Translations under genes and position numbers: made by a program
In this document: in pieces, positions 29,619 through 39,145 of the stretch
Position numbering within the stretch: position 1 is the stretch's first letter
How the letters are laid out: every line of letters starts with the position of its first letter
Source of the DNA: Longimicrobiales bacterium
Lineage (GTDB): Bacteria; Gemmatimonadota; Gemmatimonadetes; Longimicrobiales; Gaopeijiaceae
Direction of reading: 5' to 3'
Assembly: GCA_965204735.1 (NCBI GenBank)
Contig: OZ242008.1
Span: 3,008,001-3,072,000 of the forward strand
Length of the DNA stretch: 64,000 bases
Notes under the pieces: model-generated
What the model was told of the DNA's origin: nothing
The model's input: the letters and a program-made list of their open reading frames with translations, nothing else
Database searches by the model: none

Positions 29619-29652
29619 CGATATGTCGAAACTATATTACGATAGTATCGTA
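29619..29652. promoter_or_regulatory. Putative PadR operator (two palindromic boxes)
   Basis: CGATATGTCG (29619-29628) and the perfect palindrome TACGATA-G-TATCGTA (29638-29652), in an AT-rich patch upstream of padR. Confidence 0.55.
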
Positions 29653-29743
29653 TTGATGAACATGCATCGCGGTCCACGCGCGCCTGAGCGCCCCGCAAAC
29701 GCACGCTGCGCGCCCCGCAACCCACGCAAAGGAGACTCGGAGA

Positions 29744-30403
29744 ATGCGAATCGACGACTACCTGGACTTGGACGCGGTCTTCGCGCCCTTCGGCTACCCG
29801 CGCCGCCGGCAGCGACGGCGGCAGGCCCGTCGCAGATTCGGCCGCGGCGGCCTCAAGCTCGCCATCCTCGCCCTGGTGGAGGAGCGGCCCATGCACGGCT
29901 ACGAAGTCATGCAGGTCCTCTCGAAGCGGTCCGGCGGCCTCTACCGGCCCAGTCCCGGCTCCGTCTACCCGACGCTCCAGCTGCTGGACGACCAGGGGTT
30001 CGTGACCGTCGAGGCCCAAGACGGCAAGAAGGTCTACACGATCACCGACGCCGGCCGCGAGCACCTGGACCGCAACCGCGACGCCGTGGAGCGCATCTTC
30101 GGGCGCGCGTCGGAGTCCACCGGAGCCGACCGGGCCGACGACGCCTGCGGGAGCGCCCACTCGTCGGTCGCCGGCGCCGCCGACCTTGCCCGCTACGTGG
30201 CGCGCTTGGGTCAGACGACGCTCCAGGGCTGCTTCCGATGGGCCGGGGACGAGCGCTTCGTCTCGGATGCCAAGAACGTCCTGGACCGGGCGCTGGAGGA
30301 GCTGGACGCGGCGTGGGACCAAGCCCGCGAGCGGAGCCGCGCCCACCGTGCCGGCGACGGCGACGACGCTCGCAAGGACGGGGCCCAGGCCGGCGGCGAG
30401 TAG
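29744..30403 (+). CDS. PadR-family transcriptional regulator
   Basis: ILALVEERPMHGYEVM..YRPSPGSVYPTLQLL..KVYTITDAG; RBS AAGGAG. Confidence 0.92.
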   Translation: MRIDDYLDLDAVFAPFGYPRRRQRRRQARRRFGRGGLKLAILALVEERPMHGYEVMQVLSKRSGGLYRPSPGSVYPTLQLLDDQGFVTVEAQDGKKVYTITDAGREHLDRNRDAVERIFGRASESTGADRADDACGSAHSSVAGAADLARYVARLGQTTLQGCFRWAGDERFVSDAKNVLDRALEELDAAWDQARERSRAHRAGDGDDARKDGAQAGGE

Positions 30404-30428
30404 GACCCGGCAGGCGGCCCGGCCGCCG

Positions 30429-31265
30429 CTACCGCCCCGGTCGCCATATCCGGCGCAGGTAGCGGTCCGGCGCCTGCAGGAAGTCCCGTAGCAGCTGCAC
30501 CGTCTCCAGCGCCTCGTACTCCACTCGAGCCAGCGGCGCCGAGTCGAAGGAGTAGATCGTCGCGCCGGGCAAGGCCATGAGCACGGGAGAGTGAGTGGCG
30601 ATCACGAACTGGCCGCCCTGCTCCACCATCTCGCTCATCATGGCGACGAAGCCGAGCTGGCTCTGGGGCGAGAGAGCGGCTTCGGGCTCGTCCAGCAGGT
30701 ACACGCCTCCGGGCACGAAGCGCGAGCGGAAGAGGCGAAGGAAGCTCTCGCCGTGGGAGGCGGCGTCCAGGTCGTCTCCGTAGCGGGAGCGCATGGCGGA
30801 GAGCGATCCGGCGGCGGGTCCCTTGGCGAGCTGCTTCGCCAGCTGGGAGCGTCCTTCGTACTCCCGGTCCACCTGGGCGATCCGCTCCTCCATCTCCCTG
30901 CGAAGCGTCCGCAGTCGGCGGGCGAAGCCGAAGAAGTCCTCGGCCCGCAGGAAGAAGCCGCGGTGAGTGCGCCGGCGCCAGACCAGCGTCAGCGTGCGGG
31001 CCAGGCGCTGCTGCAGAACCAGGGACCCGTCGTCGCCCGCCTCGGCGCTTCCGACCGTGGGCAGCTTGGCCGCCAGCGCCGTCGCCTCCAGCAACGTGGA
31101 CTTGCCGGACCCGTTCTCGCCGGCGAAGATGGTCACTTCGCTCGGAAAAACGACTTCGGCAGCGCCCGCCAGCGCAGGAACGTCGAAGGGAAACCCCGAG
31201 CTCCACTCGACTGGAGGCTCGCCGAACCGCACGGCGGAAAGACTCGGAAAGGTTCGTTCACGCAT
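30429..31265 (-). CDS. Stand-alone ABC/AAA-type ATPase (COG3910-like)
   Basis: GENGSGKST, GFFLRAEDF, SHGESF, YLLDEPEAALSP..Q, IATHSP. Confidence 0.88.
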   Translation of the reverse strand: MRERTFPSLSAVRFGEPPVEWSSGFPFDVPALAGAAEVVFPSEVTIFAGENGSGKSTLLEATALAAKLPTVGSAEAGDDGSLVLQQRLARTLTLVWRRRTHRGFFLRAEDFFGFARRLRTLRREMEERIAQVDREYEGRSQLAKQLAKGPAAGSLSAMRSRYGDDLDAASHGESFLRLFRSRFVPGGVYLLDEPEAALSPQSQLGFVAMMSEMVEQGGQFVIATHSPVLMALPGATIYSFDSAPLARVEYEALETVQLLRDFLQAPDRYLRRIWRPGR

Positions 31266-33393
31266 GGGATCTCGACAGGCAGGCTCTCTCGACCGACGGG
31301 CGCTGGAAGTCGCGCCCCGCCGACCGGCGAAAGCGTTTCCGAAGCCCCGCGTCCACCGGCGTCGGCCGGCGGTCCGGGCCGTCGTCCTCGCCGCCCTCCT
31401 TGCCGGGCCGCCCTTGGGCGCTTCCGCTCGGCAGCCCGAAGTCGACGCGCCCTCGGAGGACCGCTGGACGCCCGCGCTCAGCATGAAGTACTCGCAGATC
31501 TCGGGCGTGGCGATCTCCCGGGACGGCGCCCACGTCGCCTACGTGGTCCGCGACCCCCTCATGGAGGGCGAGAAGTCCGAGTACGTGAGCCACGTCTGGG
31601 TGGCGGCCGGCGACGGCAACTGGAACCGGCAGTTCACCAGGGGCGCCAAGTCGGCGTCCAGCCCGGCGTTCTCTCCCGACGGCGAGTGGCTGGCCTTCAC
31701 GACTTCGCGTTCGGGCAAGAACCAGATATGGGCGATCGCGCTGGCCGGCGGCGAGGCCCGTCGGCTCACCGACGCCAAGGCCGGCGTGGGCGCCTACCGC
31801 TGGTCGCCGGACGGCCGCTCCCTGGCCTTCGTCATGCGCGACCCGCCGACCGACGAGGAGGAGAAGGCGGAGAAGGAGAAGCGCGACGTGGTTCTGGTGG
31901 ACCGGAACTTCAAGTACGGCCACCTCTACGTCGTCGCCTTCGACCCCGTGGCCACCGAGCCTGCCGAGGCGGCGCGCGTCACGGAGGGCGACTTTCACGT
32001 GACCAGCTTCGACTGGAGCCCCGACGGGACCCGCCTCGTCTTCGCGCATCAGGCCGATCCCCGCATCAACACGGGACGACTCTCGGGCGACATCTCCGTC
32101 GTGGACGCCGCCGGAGGCGAAGCGCGGCCTCTGGTGGACGGAGCCGGCGTCGAGTCCTCGCCCCGCTGGTCGCCCGACGGGTCGCTGGTCGCCTACGTCT
32201 CCACCGGCAACCAGCCCGAGCCGATCGGCTTGGGGGACGTGTACGTGGTGGAGACGGAGACGGGCGACTCCCGCCGGCTGGCCGACACGCCGAACCGGAG
32301 CGCCTCGATCTTGGGCTGGTCGGCCGACTCGCGGGAGGTGTTCCTGAACGAGCTCCTGGGGACGACCCGTCACGTGGTCGGGCTGCCCGTCGACGGGGGC
32401 GGTCCCCGGCAGGCGACCCGCGGCGACGGCGTGGCGGGGGCCACGGCGCTGGCGGCCGAAGCGGGAGCGCTGGCGTTGACGTGGGAGACCACCGACGAAC
32501 CCGCCGAAGTCCACGTGACGTCGCTGGCGGAGTTCGATCCTGCGCCGATCAGCCGGGTGAACCGGGACGCGCCCGCTCCTCCGATGGGCCGCACCGAGCT
32601 CCTCTCGTGGACCGCCCCCGACGGCACGCCCGTGGAAGGTCTGCTCACCTACCCCGTCGGCTACGAAGCCGGGACCCGGACGCCGCTGATCCTCAACGTC
32701 CACGGCGGTCCTGCCGGCGTCTTCAGCCAGTCCTTCACCGGGCGGCCCGGCATCTACATGATCCAGTACTTCGCCCAGGAGGGCTTTGCGGTCCTGCGGC
32801 CCAACCCTCGCGGCAGCACCGGGTACGGCAAGGAGTTCCGCTACGCCAACTTCATGGACTGGGGCTACGGCGACCTCTCGGACCTGCTGGCCGGCGTGGA
32901 CCACGTGATCGAGATGGGCGTCGCGCACCCGGACAGCCTCCTGCTGATGGGGTGGAGCTACGGCGGCTACATGACGTCGTTCGCGGTGACCCAGACCGAC
33001 CGGTTCAAGGCCGCGTCGATGGGCGCCGGGCTGCCGAACCTGATCAGCATGGTGAGCACCACCGACATCGGCGACTACTTGGCGGGCCACATGGGCGGCG
33101 AGTACTTCGACGACTACGAAACGTACGAGAGGCACTCCGCCGTCTACCACATCAAGAACGTGACGACGCCCACCCAGGTGATCCACGGGGCCGAGGACCT
33201 GCGGGTCCCCTTCACCCAGGGCCAGGAGTTCTACAACTCCCTCGTCCGCATGGGCGCCGACACGGAGATGATCGTCTACCCGCGCACGCCCCACGGTCCC
33301 CGGGAGCCCAAGTTCCTGATGGACGTGTCCGAACGGATCATGACCTGGTTCGAGACGCACCTGCGCAAGGAGCGGCCCAAGGCGGACCGGTGA
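31264..33393 (+). CDS. S9-family acylaminoacyl/dipeptidyl peptidase (start uncertain)
   Basis: WSPDG propeller repeats, HGGP, NPRGSTGYG, GWSYGG, HG.EDLRVP, PHG. Confidence 0.92.
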   Translation: MGSRQAGSLDRRALEVAPRRPAKAFPKPRVHRRRPAVRAVVLAALLAGPPLGASARQPEVDAPSEDRWTPALSMKYSQISGVAISRDGAHVAYVVRDPLMEGEKSEYVSHVWVAAGDGNWNRQFTRGAKSASSPAFSPDGEWLAFTTSRSGKNQIWAIALAGGEARRLTDAKAGVGAYRWSPDGRSLAFVMRDPPTDEEEKAEKEKRDVVLVDRNFKYGHLYVVAFDPVATEPAEAARVTEGDFHVTSFDWSPDGTRLVFAHQADPRINTGRLSGDISVVDAAGGEARPLVDGAGVESSPRWSPDGSLVAYVSTGNQPEPIGLGDVYVVETETGDSRRLADTPNRSASILGWSADSREVFLNELLGTTRHVVGLPVDGGGPRQATRGDGVAGATALAAEAGALALTWETTDEPAEVHVTSLAEFDPAPISRVNRDAPAPPMGRTELLSWTAPDGTPVEGLLTYPVGYEAGTRTPLILNVHGGPAGVFSQSFTGRPGIYMIQYFAQEGFAVLRPNPRGSTGYGKEFRYANFMDWGYGDLSDLLAGVDHVIEMGVAHPDSLLLMGWSYGGYMTSFAVTQTDRFKAASMGAGLPNLISMVSTTDIGDYLAGHMGGEYFDDYETYERHSAVYHIKNVTTPTQVIHGAEDLRVPFTQGQEFYNSLVRMGADTEMIVYPRTPHGPREPKFLMDVSERIMTWFETHLRKERPKADR

Positions 33394-33435
33394 GCGCTGG
33401 CGCCGAGCCCGGCGCGACGAACTCGAGATCGGACG

Positions 33436-33852
33436 TCAGCAAGGGGCGGAGGTCGCTGGCGGAATGCCCTTCCGTCGTTGCCGGTCGCGGAAGGTGAGGG
33501 AGGCCGAGAGCGCCAGCGCGGTCGTCGTGGACACGATCACCAGGGCGTCCACGACGGCCGGGTCCCACGCGAAGCCGGCAAGCCGGTCCAGGTAGTATTT
33601 GACCCACGACGCGGGCAGCTCCGTCGCGCCCAGCGCGCGCTTCACTCGCCAGTGCCACTCGGTGAGGGGACAGTACCCCCACCCGTAGACGAAGCCGAGG
33701 CCGAACCACGAGCCCAACGTCGCGAGGATCGTCCATAGGTGAAGGCGTCTCGTCCTTCGCCAGGCCCAGCCGAGTACGTTGAAGACGACCAGCGAGCCGT
33801 GGAGGACGAGCATCAGCACGTCGGCAAGCCGGTAAAGAACGGTGTCGGTCAC
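33436..33852 (-). CDS. DUF2784-like membrane protein
   Basis: LAD..LH..FNVLGW..HL..WFGLG..YGWGYCPLTEWHW. Confidence 0.8.
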   Translation of the reverse strand: MTDTVLYRLADVLMLVLHGSLVVFNVLGWAWRRTRRLHLWTILATLGSWFGLGFVYGWGYCPLTEWHWRVKRALGATELPASWVKYYLDRLAGFAWDPAVVDALVIVSTTTALALSASLTFRDRQRRKGIPPATSAPC

Positions 33853-34006
33853 CCCTCGTTCCCTTTTTCGGTGCGGACCGGTAGCCGCCCACCGGCCTCC
33901 CGCCGATATTGTCGCCGGATTCCCGCGCCCGCCAAGGGGGTCGCGTCCGGCCGTCCGACCGTCCGGCTGCCGGCCGCCCGACCGCCCCCAAAGGAGACGC
34001 CGCCAG

Positions 34007-35941
34007 GTGCCCGTCCGTCCGTTGCGAGAGCCGCTCCACTCCCTCGCCCGCCACGCGTCGGTTGTCGCCCGCCGCGCGTCGGTTGCGTCGGCCAGGACGG
34101 CTTGGGCCGGCCTTCTCGCCCTCGGCGGCGGCGCGGGCTGCGATTCGGCGGCCGAGCCCGACGCATCGGGAGGGCCTGTTGCGATCTCGCTACACGCCGG
34201 CGACGGGCAGGTCGCCCGTGCCGGGTCGGCGGTCGAAGTGGCGCCCCAAGTGCGGGTGGTGGACGAGACGGGGAGCGGGGCGGCGGGCGTGGCAGTGACC
34301 TTTCGGGTCGTGGAGGGCGGAGGCAGCGTGGAAGTTCCGTCGGCCGTCAGCGACGCCGCCGGGGTGGCCTCCGCCGGCGGGTGGACCTTGGGGCCCCCGG
34401 GCCGTCAGCGGATGGAGGCGGCGGCCGGCCCGGGCGTCGTGGTCTTCAGCGCCGGCGCGTCGGGAGTTCCGGCCGCCGTCCGGATCGCGGCGGGGAACGG
34501 GGGCAGCGTCGAAGTCGCCTCGGAAGCGCCCGTGGCGCCGGCGGTGCTGGTGCTGAACGAAGCCGGCGCTCCGGCGCCGTACGTGCCCGTGACCTTCGCG
34601 GCCCAGCACGGGAGCGTCGCAGTGCCGCGCGCCTTCACCGACGAAGGCGGGCGGGCCTCTGCTGGCAGCTGGACGCTGGGACCCAAGGCCGGACCCCAGC
34701 GGGTGGTGGCGGCGGTGGCCGGAAGCGGCGTCGAGGGCAACCCGGCCGTCTTCGAGGTGACCGCCACGCCGGCCCAGCCCGGCGAGATCCGTCTCCTGCG
34801 CGGCGCCGAGCCGCCGGAGCTCGGCCGCCCCTACCTGCCGCCGCCCACCGCGAGGGTGACCGACGTCCACGGCAACGGCGTGCCCCACGTGGCCGTCGGG
34901 TTCCAGGTGCTGGCAGGCGGCGGCAGCGCGCCCGCCGGCGTCGCCTACACAGACCGCAACGGGGTCGCGCCGGCGTCGCTGTGGACGATGGGACGCGAGG
35001 CCGGCGCTCCCAACACCCTGGCTGCCACGGTGCTGTCGGTCGGGTACGACCTGACGGGCGCCGCGGCGACCCTCACCGTCGTCCCCGAGGCGGCCGACTT
35101 CGACATTTGGGTGGTGCCCCAGTCGTCTCCGCCGATCGACCCGGCCGTGCTGGCGGCGCTGGAGTCCGCCAAGAACCGCTGGGAGCGGGCCGTCGTCGGG
35201 GATCTGCCGCCCTTCGCCACCAGCTTGAACAACGTGGAGTTCTGCAACCCGGACCGGGAAGCGGTGCGCTTCGACTTCCCGAACACGATCCCCTACGACG
35301 ACCTCCTGGTCCTGGCCGTCGTGGCCGCGATCGACGGGCCCGGCGGCGCCGCCGTCCAGTCGGGCTGGTGCTGGGGCGCCGTCAGGGGCGGCGCCGCGCT
35401 CCCCACCGTGTCGGTCATTCACCTCGACGCCCACGACGTGGCCGCCCTCTCGCGCAGCGGCCTCCTGGAGAGCCTCGCCGCGCGAGAGATGGGCCACGCC
35501 CTGGGCTTCGGCGCTTCACGGCTGTGGGACGGCGCCGGCTTGCTGGGCGCGGACGGGTCCGGTCCCTACTTCCGAGGCGCCGCCGCGCGGGCCGCCTTCG
35601 CCGCCGCGGGCGGCGCAGCCCACCCCGGTCCGGCAGTGCCCCTGGACTCCGCCGCCGGCCCCGCCGCGTGGCGCTGGCGCGAGGGAGCGCTCGGCCCCGA
35701 GCTCATGACGGCGGCGCTCCTCCCCGACGCCCTCAACCCCCTCAGCGCCGTCACCTTGGGCGCGCTGGCGGACATGGGCTACCCGGGCGTGAACGTCGCG
35801 GCCGCCGACCGCTACGTCGTGCCCCGTCCCGGCGCCGCGCAGGGGGTCCGCATTCCGGGGCGCCGCCCCGGCTGGACGCGCCGGATCGTGGACGCCCACG
35901 GCGCGGTGGTGGCCGTCTTCGAGCCGGAGGCGCCGCCGTGA
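34007..35941 (+). CDS. Ig-like repeat lipoprotein with a degenerate (likely inactive) M8 peptidase domain
   Basis: RBS AAGGAG at 33991, lipobox GAGC, three WT(L/M)G Ig-like repeats. AREMGHALG and AWRWRE replace HEMGH and xHWR. Confidence 0.8.
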   Translation: MPVRPLREPLHSLARHASVVARRASVASARTAWAGLLALGGGAGCDSAAEPDASGGPVAISLHAGDGQVARAGSAVEVAPQVRVVDETGSGAAGVAVTFRVVEGGGSVEVPSAVSDAAGVASAGGWTLGPPGRQRMEAAAGPGVVVFSAGASGVPAAVRIAAGNGGSVEVASEAPVAPAVLVLNEAGAPAPYVPVTFAAQHGSVAVPRAFTDEGGRASAGSWTLGPKAGPQRVVAAVAGSGVEGNPAVFEVTATPAQPGEIRLLRGAEPPELGRPYLPPPTARVTDVHGNGVPHVAVGFQVLAGGGSAPAGVAYTDRNGVAPASLWTMGREAGAPNTLAATVLSVGYDLTGAAATLTVVPEAADFDIWVVPQSSPPIDPAVLAALESAKNRWERAVVGDLPPFATSLNNVEFCNPDREAVRFDFPNTIPYDDLLVLAVVAAIDGPGGAAVQSGWCWGAVRGGAALPTVSVIHLDAHDVAALSRSGLLESLAAREMGHALGFGASRLWDGAGLLGADGSGPYFRGAAARAAFAAAGGAAHPGPAVPLDSAAGPAAWRWREGALGPELMTAALLPDALNPLSAVTLGALADMGYPGVNVAAADRYVVPRPGAAQGVRIPGRRPGWTRRIVDAHGAVVAVFEPEAPP

Positions 35942-37947
35942 GCCGCGCCGACGCGCCGGCGCCGAATCCGGCCGTCCCGGCGCTCCTTGCCGACCGATCG
36001 CGCCTTGCCGAGCCGGCTCTGCGCCGAACCGCGCGCCGGGTCGCGGCTTCGGCCCTCCCCGCCCTCCTGGCCCTTTCGGGCTGCGAACGCGACCCCGCCG
36101 GACCCGACCCCACCGCCCCCGCCGTCGTCGTGATCGAGTCCGGCCACCACCAGCAGGGCTGGGTCGGCGCGCAGCTGCCCGTCGAGCTCCAGGTGCGGGT
36201 AGTGGGCCGGACCGGCCTCCCGGTGGCCGACGCGACGGTCGAGTTCCGCGCGGGCGCCGGCCACGGCTCGGTCGCCGTCCCAAGCGCCGCCACCGACGCT
36301 CGGGGGGTTGCGTCGGCAGGCGTCTGGACCCTGGGCGCCCGGGTGGGGGAGCAACGGGTGGAGGCCGTCGTGCCGGCGGCGCCGACCGCGGGCTCCGCCG
36401 TCTTCGCGGCCACCGCTACCGACGTGCCGGCCGAGGTGCGGATCGTGGCCGGCCAGGGCCAGCGCGCCCAGGTGGGCGCTCGGCTCCCCGCGGCGCCGGA
36501 GGTGCAGGTGCTCAACGCCCGGGGCGCGCCCGTCGCCGGCGTGCACGTGGCCTTCGCCGCGGCAATGGGAACGGTCGCGGGCGCCGAAGCCGTCACGGGT
36601 CCCCAGGGCCGAGCGGCCGCCGCCGCGTGGACGCTGGGAACGGTTGCGGGAGTCCAGGAACTGGCAGCGGCGGTGGCCGGGCCGAGCGTTCGGGGCAACC
36701 CGGCCGTGTTCCGAGCCGTCGCCGAACCGGGCCCCCCGCTCCGGATGCGGGCCGTCCAGGGCGGCGACCAGCGGATCGAAGCCGGCTTCCCCGCTCTCGT
36801 CCCTCCGCAGGTGCGGGTCGAAGACCGGCACGGAAACGGCGTCCCCGGCGTCGACCTCGTCTTCCGGGCCGCAGGCGGCGGCTCGCTGGCGGGCGGCGGC
36901 GGCGCGGAGACGACCGGTCCCGACGGCACGGCCGCGGCCCCGGCATGGATCGGCGCGTCCGCCGCCGGCGCCGCTCAGACGCTGACCGCCACGGCAGAGA
37001 GTCCCCCCGAGTTCGCCGGCGCGACCGTGTCGTTCTCCGCCGTCACCTTCGCCCCCTTCTTCGACATCCGCATCCTCCACGTGCAGGCGGCCCGGATCGC
37101 CCCGGCCGCCGAGAAGTTCCTGGCCCGGGCCGAAGCGCGCTGGGAGGCGGCGGTCGGCGCCAACCTTGCGCCCGTGCCCGTCACCGGCAAGGCGATGAGG
37201 GCGTGCGCCCCCGAAGCCGACCACCCACCCGTCCGCCTGGTGGACGATCTGGACATCTACGTCTCGGCCGAGGAGATCGACGGGCCCGGCAGCGTCCTGG
37301 CCTTCGCCGGGCCGTGCCACGTGCGCAGCAGCGACGGGCTTCCGCTCACCGGGGTCATGGTCTTCGACGTCGCCGACGTCGCCGAGCTGGTGGCGGCGGA
37401 AGGCTTCGAGGCCACGGTCCTCCACGAGATGGGACACGTCCTGGGCTTCGGGACCGTGTGGGAGCCCAAGCAGCTCCTGCGGAACCCGGCGAACGTCTCG
37501 TCGGCACGGATCGACACCCACTTCGTCGGCGAACGGGCGGTCGCCAGCTTCGACCGGGCGGGCGGCGCGGAGTACGCGGCAGGGAAGGTTCCCGTCGAGC
37601 ACCTGGGCGGCGTCGGCGCCCGAAACGCGCACTGGCGCGAGTCGGTGTTCGGACCGGAGCTTCTGACGGGCGTCTTCGACGCCGGCGTGCCCAATCCGCT
37701 GAGCGAAGTTACCATCGCTTCGCTGGAGGACATCGGCTACCGTGGAGTCGACTACGGCGCCGCGGACCGCTTCCGCCTCCGCCTCCGCTCGCAGCCGACC
37801 GCTCCACGCCGGCCGAACGCCCCGGGCGGGACGGGCGGCCGCCGCTTCGAGCTGGTGGACGACCTTCGCCCAGGGCCGATCGGCGTGGTGGACTCGCAAG
37901 GACGAATCGTACGCTACATCCAACCCACAGGAGCCGGATCGAGATGA
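35938..37947 (+). CDS. Ig-like repeat lipoprotein with an M8 leishmanolysin-like peptidase domain
   Basis: GTGA overlap, lipobox LSGC, LHEMGHVLG..AHWRE..ELL. Confidence 0.85.
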   Translation: MSRADAPAPNPAVPALLADRSRLAEPALRRTARRVAASALPALLALSGCERDPAGPDPTAPAVVVIESGHHQQGWVGAQLPVELQVRVVGRTGLPVADATVEFRAGAGHGSVAVPSAATDARGVASAGVWTLGARVGEQRVEAVVPAAPTAGSAVFAATATDVPAEVRIVAGQGQRAQVGARLPAAPEVQVLNARGAPVAGVHVAFAAAMGTVAGAEAVTGPQGRAAAAAWTLGTVAGVQELAAAVAGPSVRGNPAVFRAVAEPGPPLRMRAVQGGDQRIEAGFPALVPPQVRVEDRHGNGVPGVDLVFRAAGGGSLAGGGGAETTGPDGTAAAPAWIGASAAGAAQTLTATAESPPEFAGATVSFSAVTFAPFFDIRILHVQAARIAPAAEKFLARAEARWEAAVGANLAPVPVTGKAMRACAPEADHPPVRLVDDLDIYVSAEEIDGPGSVLAFAGPCHVRSSDGLPLTGVMVFDVADVAELVAAEGFEATVLHEMGHVLGFGTVWEPKQLLRNPANVSSARIDTHFVGERAVASFDRAGGAEYAAGKVPVEHLGGVGARNAHWRESVFGPELLTGVFDAGVPNPLSEVTIASLEDIGYRGVDYGAADRFRLRLRSQPTAPRRPNAPGGTGGRRFELVDDLRPGPIGVVDSQGRIVRYIQPTGAGSR

Positions 37948-39143
37948 ACGCCCCCGGAACCGCCGCGACTGCCCTCTTGGCGTCGCTCGCCCTCGCCTCG
38001 GCGAGCTGCGTGCCGGTCGACAACCAGGACGTTCCCGCCCCCGAGACCGAAGAGGAGCTCGTGGAGCGGGCCATGGGCATCCACGAACGGGTGCTCACCC
38101 TGGACACTCACGACGACATCAGCACGGACAACTTCACGGCGGAGCGCAACTACGCGTCCGACCTGCCGACCCAGCTCACCCTGCCCAAGATGGAGGCGGG
38201 GGGGCTGGACGTGGCGTGGCTCGTCGTCTACACCAGGCAGGGCCCCCTCGACGCCGAGGGCTACGCCGCCGCCTACGCCAACGCCCTGGACAAGTTCGAC
38301 GCGATCCACCGACTGGTGAACGAGTACGCGCCGGATCGGGCCGAACTCGCCCTGACTTCGGACGACGCGCGCCGAATCGTCGCATCGGGCAAGAAGGCGA
38401 TCATGATCGGGGTCGAGAACGCCTACTCCATCGGCGAGGACCTTTCGCGGATCGAGGAGTTCCACTCCCGCGGCGCCCGCTACATGTCGCTGGCCCACAC
38501 CGGTCCCAGCCAGCTCTCCGACGCCCACAGCGGGGAGCAGGACGGGAACTGGCTCCACGACGGCCTGAGCGAGATGGGCCGCCAAGCGATCGCCGAGATG
38601 AACCGGCTGGGAATCATGGTGGACATCTCCCATCCGTCGAAGGCGTCGATCATGCAGACGCTGGAGATCGCCCAGGCGCCCGTGATCGCGTCCCACTCCG
38701 CGGCGAGGGGCATCAGCGACGTGAGCCGAAACTTGGACGACGAGCAGCTTCGGGCCGTGGCCGAGAACGGGGGCGTGGTGCAGACCGTGGCGCTGCGGCG
38801 GTTCGTGAACGCCGAGAAGGCGGCGGCGCGCCAGCAGGCCGCCGAGGCCGCGGCCGAGGGGGAAGAGGTCGAAGCGCCCGACGTGGACGTGGCGGACTTC
38901 GTGGACCAGATCGACTACATGGTGAACCTGATCGGGCTGAACCACGTGGGGATCAGCTCCGACTTCGACGGCGGGGGCGGCGTGGCCGGATGGGACGACG
39001 CCTCCGAGACCTTCAACGTGACCCTCGAGCTGGTGCGGCGAGGCTACACCGAGGAGGAGATCGAGAAGTTGTGGAGCGGCAACTTGCTGCGGGTGCTGGA
39101 CGAAGTGCAGGCCGTCGCGGCCCGCATCCAGGCGGAGGGCTGA
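37944..39143 (+). CDS. Membrane dipeptidase (M19) lipoprotein
   Basis: LDTHDD, GVEN, EMNRLGIMVDISH, IASHS, HVGISSDFDGG; ATGA overlap. Confidence 0.92.
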   Translation: MNAPGTAATALLASLALASASCVPVDNQDVPAPETEEELVERAMGIHERVLTLDTHDDISTDNFTAERNYASDLPTQLTLPKMEAGGLDVAWLVVYTRQGPLDAEGYAAAYANALDKFDAIHRLVNEYAPDRAELALTSDDARRIVASGKKAIMIGVENAYSIGEDLSRIEEFHSRGARYMSLAHTGPSQLSDAHSGEQDGNWLHDGLSEMGRQAIAEMNRLGIMVDISHPSKASIMQTLEIAQAPVIASHSAARGISDVSRNLDDEQLRAVAENGGVVQTVALRRFVNAEKAAARQQAAEAAAEGEEVEAPDVDVADFVDQIDYMVNLIGLNHVGISSDFDGGGGVAGWDDASETFNVTLELVRRGYTEEEIEKLWSGNLLRVLDEVQAVAARIQAEG

Positions 39144-39145
39144 CC

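Noticed and set aside
33739..37947. 1402-aa ORF
   Set aside because: The first 733 codons are an off-frame shadow of the upstream gene; the real CDS starts at 35938.
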